Origin: Azolla caroliniana
Lineage: Eukaryota > Plantae > Polypodiophyta
DNA: 64,000 bases
Assembly: GCA_043228905.1 (NCBI GenBank)
Contig: JBHGNT010000018.1
Span: 15,438,001-15,502,000 of the forward strand
Direction: 5' to 3'
Shown: positions 59,201 to 64,000 of the stretch, in pieces
Numbering within the stretch: the first letter of the stretch is position 1
How the letters are laid out: every line of letters begins with the position of its first letter
Program-made: the position numbers and the translations under genes
The notes under the pieces: model-generated
What the model was told of the DNA's origin: nothing
What the model saw: only the letters and a program-made list of their open reading frames with translations
Databases searched by the model: none

Positions 59201-61232
59201 TGCTTTTGCAGTGGGAGTGGTTAGTAGGTACATGGCAAATCCCGGCAAAAAGCATTGGGAAGCGGTGAGAGGTATTATGAGATACGTCAGAGGCACAAAG
59301 GACTTTTGCATTTGCGTTGGAAAGCAGAAGGCATCTGTCGTTGGTTTTACGGATGCGGACTATGCTGGTCACGCAGACTGCAGAAAGTCTACTTCTGGGC
59401 ATGTGTCTACTTTCACAGGAGGAGCGGTCTCTTGGATCTCCAGGCTACAAAAGTGTGTTGCATTGTCTACTACAGAGGCAGAGTATGTTGCTGCCATTGA
59501 CGCATGCAAGGATGCTTTATGGCTGTCATATCTAGTGAGAGATATTGGCATTACAGAGTTACGTATTCTTCATTGTGACAGTCAGACTGTTATCATGCTA
59601 TCCTGGAATCCCGTCTTTCATGCAAAGACGAAGCACATACAGGTGAAGTATCACTTCATCAGAGATGTACTTGACATCAAGAACATTGAGCTTGTCAAAG
59701 TACATACAAATGCAAATCCTGCAGATCTTCTCATAAAGGGTCTTCCAGCTGAGCGATTTGCCCATTGCCGACAGATGATGGGAGCTGGATAGATGTATGT
59801 AGTTCAGCTTTGTACATACTTGGACTTAGCTGACTTTCTTCTTCTTCTTTTTTCTCCTCATGGGACATTGCCTTTAGGTGGGAGGTTGTTGGGAATAAAT
59901 GGCCATCGTGCTTTTTATTAGTGCACGAGTGTGAGCGCACTTGTAGCACATTTTGACTTGTATATACATATATATATATATATATCTAAAAACCAAAAAA
60001 GTGGTACACTCTTTGTATCCAAGACAACGTGTATCTCTCTCTCCCTCCCTTTGTCTCTCACTCCGACTCTCTCTCTCTCTAGTTGACCTAAAACCCTAAT
60101 CCTCGTGCTGCCCTTCAGAATCTACTTGGAAAAGTCCCTTCCTACCTTCCTAGCTGCAGAATCCCTTGGAGAGGTAGGGCACCTTATATTATCAAAACAT
60201 ATATGTGAGTTGACTGCTGACTAGGCTGTCACCATGATTGCAGAGTAGGTCAACAGTATCCTGCCACCTCTTCCGCAAAATAATTGGCATTGAATAAGAG
60301 GCACAAGGGCTTTTACCCCAAGAAAAATATGTTTTAAAAAGTAATGTAGAGTATTCCTAATTTATTGTCAAAGATTAAGTTATTGGATTTGTGAAAGACA
60401 AACTAGGATGTTATCATTAATCAAGAATAGATGCTGGTGGCTCGAAGATTATCGAATGCAAACTTGGATTGCAAGGCTGAAACTTAAGGTTTGACATACA
60501 GGCACCATTAGGAATAACTCTGTGGCTTAATTTGATTCGGCATAAGTAAATTTACCAAGGTCCAGAAGTTTGAGAGCATGTAGTTAAATTAAAGGTCATA
60601 GAGATCCGTCGCGGTCGAACTAGAGGGTAAGATAAATTCACGAGCATGTAGCTAAATTGAAGTTCATAGACACCTATCTTTATACGGGGGGTTTTGAACC
60701 TCTAAATTGAGTCATATATTATTAGGAATCAGAGATACTTGGTACTGCTATCTACAGAAGGTCTGTAAATTTAGAGTTTGTCACCATGACGGGTGAACCC
60801 ACCCATGAAGGTGGGTTCATTGACTACTTCAAAGGAATCAACCGTGAAGCCTCGTGGTCAACATCACACCACACAAGGCAGCGCCTCCATAACAATAGAA
60901 TCTTCTGGCTTGATCGTTCTTGATGCTCTGTAGTGCATGGACTCCTTCACATTATAAACAACCAATTGTATTGGCAGATCTGGAGCATCAATCATATGCC
61001 ACCACGCACTCGCAACTAGGAATTTTATCGTGCAGGATATTGATGTTATTTTAGTTATTAACCCATGTGGGATCTCATGCGACAACTTCCTCTTATCTTC
61101 ATATGAATAGTGGTAGTAGTACTAGCATCTCACTCAATTCATACTACATCTGCTGGGTTATCCTCCATTCCATTTCTGTTCCATTTATTGTGATTTTCTT
61201 CTTCTCTTAATGTTTTCCCTTTGTAATCAATC

Positions 61233-61264
<32 letters not shown>

Positions 61265-61586
61265 TGTATGTATATCAATCCTATTCCAGGTATTGTGATT
61301 TTCTTTTCCTCTTTTTCTTTTCCTGTTTGTTATCAATCAATCAATCAATCAATCTATATATACCATTTCCTCTCTCTTGCAGAGTGTGTATATCAAAAGA
61401 GGTGCCTTGTTTTTCCGAAGTGACATAAAGACGGCAACTAATCTGCAAACAAGTGAATATTGCTCATCTTTTGTTTTCTTTTGATTGATTGCATTAATCT
61501 TATCATTAACTTTCAGTATTGATACTGTCGTGTCAAAATTTTCAGATATGCTTGAGAAGGCCAGAGCGAGTTTGAAAATGTCTTGA
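53284..61586 (+). CDS. ASDURF-like beta-prefoldin-like small protein, 71 aa; coding exons 53284-53334, 53984-54037, 61383-61452, 61546-61586
   Basis: GT-AG splicing gives MTLQNVAKDSQPDLAQQVHKFEVACAELKGLHPSRSVYIKRGALFFRSDIKTATNLQTNMLEKARASLKMS*. Helix-beta hairpin-helix pattern with EL..L...R.VY...G.LFF, as recalled for ASDURF and its plant homologues. Confidence 0.8.
54373..55690 (-). mobile_element. Old Copia remnant: LTR ~54373-54710, PPT, decayed RNase H/RT
   Basis: TGTT...AACA segment next to PPT AGAGGGAGGT (- strand); decayed HWPAVKSILRYL, CDSD and STMEAEY motifs; a diverged copy of this LTR at ~60180-60321. Confidence 0.75.
55797..55983. repeat. ~80 bp direct repeat x2 flanked by (CA)/(CACACC) microsatellites
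   Basis: gcactcctacct..tatatattttt.aagtt.tgg.cctttgttttgcagaactgcttctgcattctttaatcc occurs twice. Confidence 0.85.
56067..57810 (+). mobile_element. Degenerate, internally deleted Copia (PBS, gag, RT)
   Basis: PBS TGGTATCAGGGC; gag KFDGTGFNLWK; PR/IN missing; YKVRLVAK, LYVDDMLIAG. Confidence 0.85.
57811..60100 (+). mobile_element. Second degenerate Copia fragment (IN tail, RT, RNase H, PPT, 3' LTR start at 59887)
   Basis: GYRLWDPEKRK, YKARLVAKG, QMDVKTSFLHG, GFTDADYAG, KHIQVKYHF; PPT AGGTGGGAGG then TGTTGGG; right end approximate. Confidence 0.85.
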
Positions 61587-63404
61587 ACATTTATGGTTTA
61601 TGAAACCATGTATTTTAATAACTTGATTAAATGGTTATCCCATTAATACCCAAGACAGAGAGGTATTTTTCTTGATGTAAATATTTTTGAGATGTGTGGT
61701 CTGCTAAGACAATGTAGGAGTGGGGCGATGAAATAGTGCCTTTTATTAAGCAATACCATATTATCTCTTACATGTGTTCTTACTGGCTTTTCTTGAACTT
61801 GAGTTTCTTAACGTTCAATCACATTCAATTAGGGGACACATTATGTTTTCCTTGATTGTTTGGTTCATTAAGAGCCTTGACATGAGAATATGGTGCGCCA
61901 ATACCAAACCTGTATTTAGAACAAGGTGTCGCTGTTGAGCTACTAGATACATATATATAGTATAATGCATGGATAACACACTTATCTTAAGAAATGTCAT
62001 TTGAATTATAGTCATGTTAATATATAGCCTAGTCGATGATACAACCGAAGTAGGAAGGACTTGGCTGATGGAATGAAGATTAGTAGCTCTTCATTGATGT
62101 GGAGGTTGAGAAGATTTGTGGACTAGAACAAGCCTAGGATGAGTTGCTAAACAAATCTAAGAAGAGTTAGGTGATGAAGTTGGAATTGTTACTACTAACT
62201 CAATTAGCATGAAGAAGATTTGGTTGAGTTGGAGCATCATGGATTAGAAAACAAACCACCAAGAATTGGAACACAAACCTAAGAAGTGTTCTGTGATCAA
62301 GTCAAAAGAGCCACTAGTCACTCAATGATGGAGATTTCAGTACCTAAAATGATTTTCATCGAATATGCCACAGAGAAATTATAGCATCTGGGAGAAGTCA
62401 TTGCAAGGAGTTGCCGATATCTACTATCAAAAAAAGTGAAGAATTAGATTGGATTTACACAAACCAAGTATTGAGGAGTATTCGTGAAGTGGTTGAGGAA
62501 TCATAAAATGAAGAGTTCAAATGGCAAACAAATAGCAAAAGGTTTGTTGTCTATGTGATATGACAATATTTATTCGTAAATATGTTGGGCTTATTTCAAG
62601 GTTGTTTCCATACCCTAAGAACAAAATGCATCAATTGTCTACCATGATTGGTCAAATAGTAACACCAAATAGAGTTATGTTACTTTAGGTTATGTAGCCG
62701 TATGATATGAAAATATATTTCTATTAGGTTTTTTGTTGGAGTTTGGTGATAAAAGTGTGTTTGTTTTAATGTGGGTCATATTGCAAACAAAGGTAAAACA
62801 ATAAGGAAATTACGTTAATGTCCCCCGTTTCTTTTAACATTAACGCGAAAAAATCCCCTAAAGATAAAAGTATTTGGGCAAAATATGTCATGAATTGTAA
62901 GCCGAAAAGTCTCAGCCAACCAAGGTCACTAAATCATTTCTCTCTTATAATAGGATACATCTAACAAACATTTGAGAGATAATGTTCGGTCTCTTCTCCA
63001 CATAAATGGGGCTCATTTATGTATGACTATGATGCTTACTCATCATGAAGCAAAATGTGGATATTTATTTTCATTAATGGCATATTCCCCTTATCTCATC
63101 GACATTCTAGCCCAAATTTTACGAACAATCTTGTGGAGGACAAAACGTTGTTGAATGAATATTCCAATAGTTCAATGTGAAATTGACGTACACACCTAGC
63201 AAAAGTGTGAGCCCACAATGTTTAGAAGATATAATGTTGAAAAACATGATATTTGGGAGTACACACAATGAAAAGAGTTATATATAAGTCTTTAAGTATG
63301 CTAAGAGACAAAGAACATTACCAAAGAGGCATTGCTGACATTTAAAAGGCAACAAGAAAATAACATTGTGATGGATTGCATGAGTTGATCATTACTATAA
63401 GGTT

Positions 63405-63805
63405 GTTTTTCTTACTGTTTGTTACTAGTTTTTTATAAACATTGGCAAGGGCATATTCTACCAAAGAATTTAATCTTATGAAGAAAGTGGAAATATTGAG
63501 TAAGGCGTTCTCTCAACCCCCCTTAAAAGAGAGAAAAGGAGGATAAGTTGACCATGTAATTGCCGACATTTACAATGCAACAAAAAAATAGCACTCTGGT
63601 GGATTCAAAGAGTCAATCAATATTATGAGCTTGTTTTTCTTACTGTTTGTGTCCTAGATTTCTATAAACAATTAATCGGGAATATTTACTATAGCCTATT
63701 ATACAAAGGAATTTAATCTTACAAAGAAACTTGAAATATCGAATAAGGCTCTTTGTCAACCCCCCTTGAAAGAGAGAAAAGGGGGATAAGTTGACTATGT
63801 AATTG
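63405..63805. repeat. Diverged ~160-170 bp duplication
   Basis: tttttcttactgtttg...gaatttaatctta...caacccccc?tt.aaagagagaaaagg.ggataagttgac.atgtaattgc at ~63405 and ~63633. Confidence 0.75.
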
Positions 63806-64000
63806 CTCATATAACACATATAGTTGAGAAAAAGGGATAACATTGATGATAAATGGCTCAAATGGAATATACAAGTATTGTTGGCCAAGGGGATTTGTTG
63901 AAATAAGGAGAAACTCTGAGCGTATTTCGGATTCATTTTCCCCTTCAATTTACCAGTTTCCTTTTACCCTTTGTACATCCATGCTCTCACATTTGGCCTT

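Overview
Land-plant nuclear DNA; PPR style and transposon types suggest a fern or other seed-free plant (inference). The window opens inside a tandem array of alternating tRNA-Val(AAC)/(TAC)-like genes with a ~1325 bp higher-order period. Next come intronless MOS2 (G-patch/KOW), a PLS-E class PPR gene and a small AG-peptide-like gene. A 23 kb nest of LTR retrotransposons follows (20496-43726): Gypsy A contains a related Gypsy B, which contains an intact, very young Copia (C) and a young non-coding LTR element (D). Then come a 6-exon LIP5/VTA1 gene, a truncated L1 insertion with a 19 bp TSD, a hAT MITE with an 8 bp TSD, and a 71-aa ASDURF-like (prefoldin-like) gene that the ORF track misses, with a 7.3 kb Copia-filled intron. 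Three observations stand out. (1) Element D has tRNA-3'-end (PBS-like) motifs at both inner LTR borders in opposite orientation and no adjacent polypurine tract. (2) Both Gypsy elements carry a G_GAU_UUU -1 frameshift site with a co-varying stem and possible pseudoknot, placed after the protease. (3) The tRNA-Val array is anticodon-switched and has higher-order structure. All family and tRNA assignments are from recall and manual reading, not database searches.
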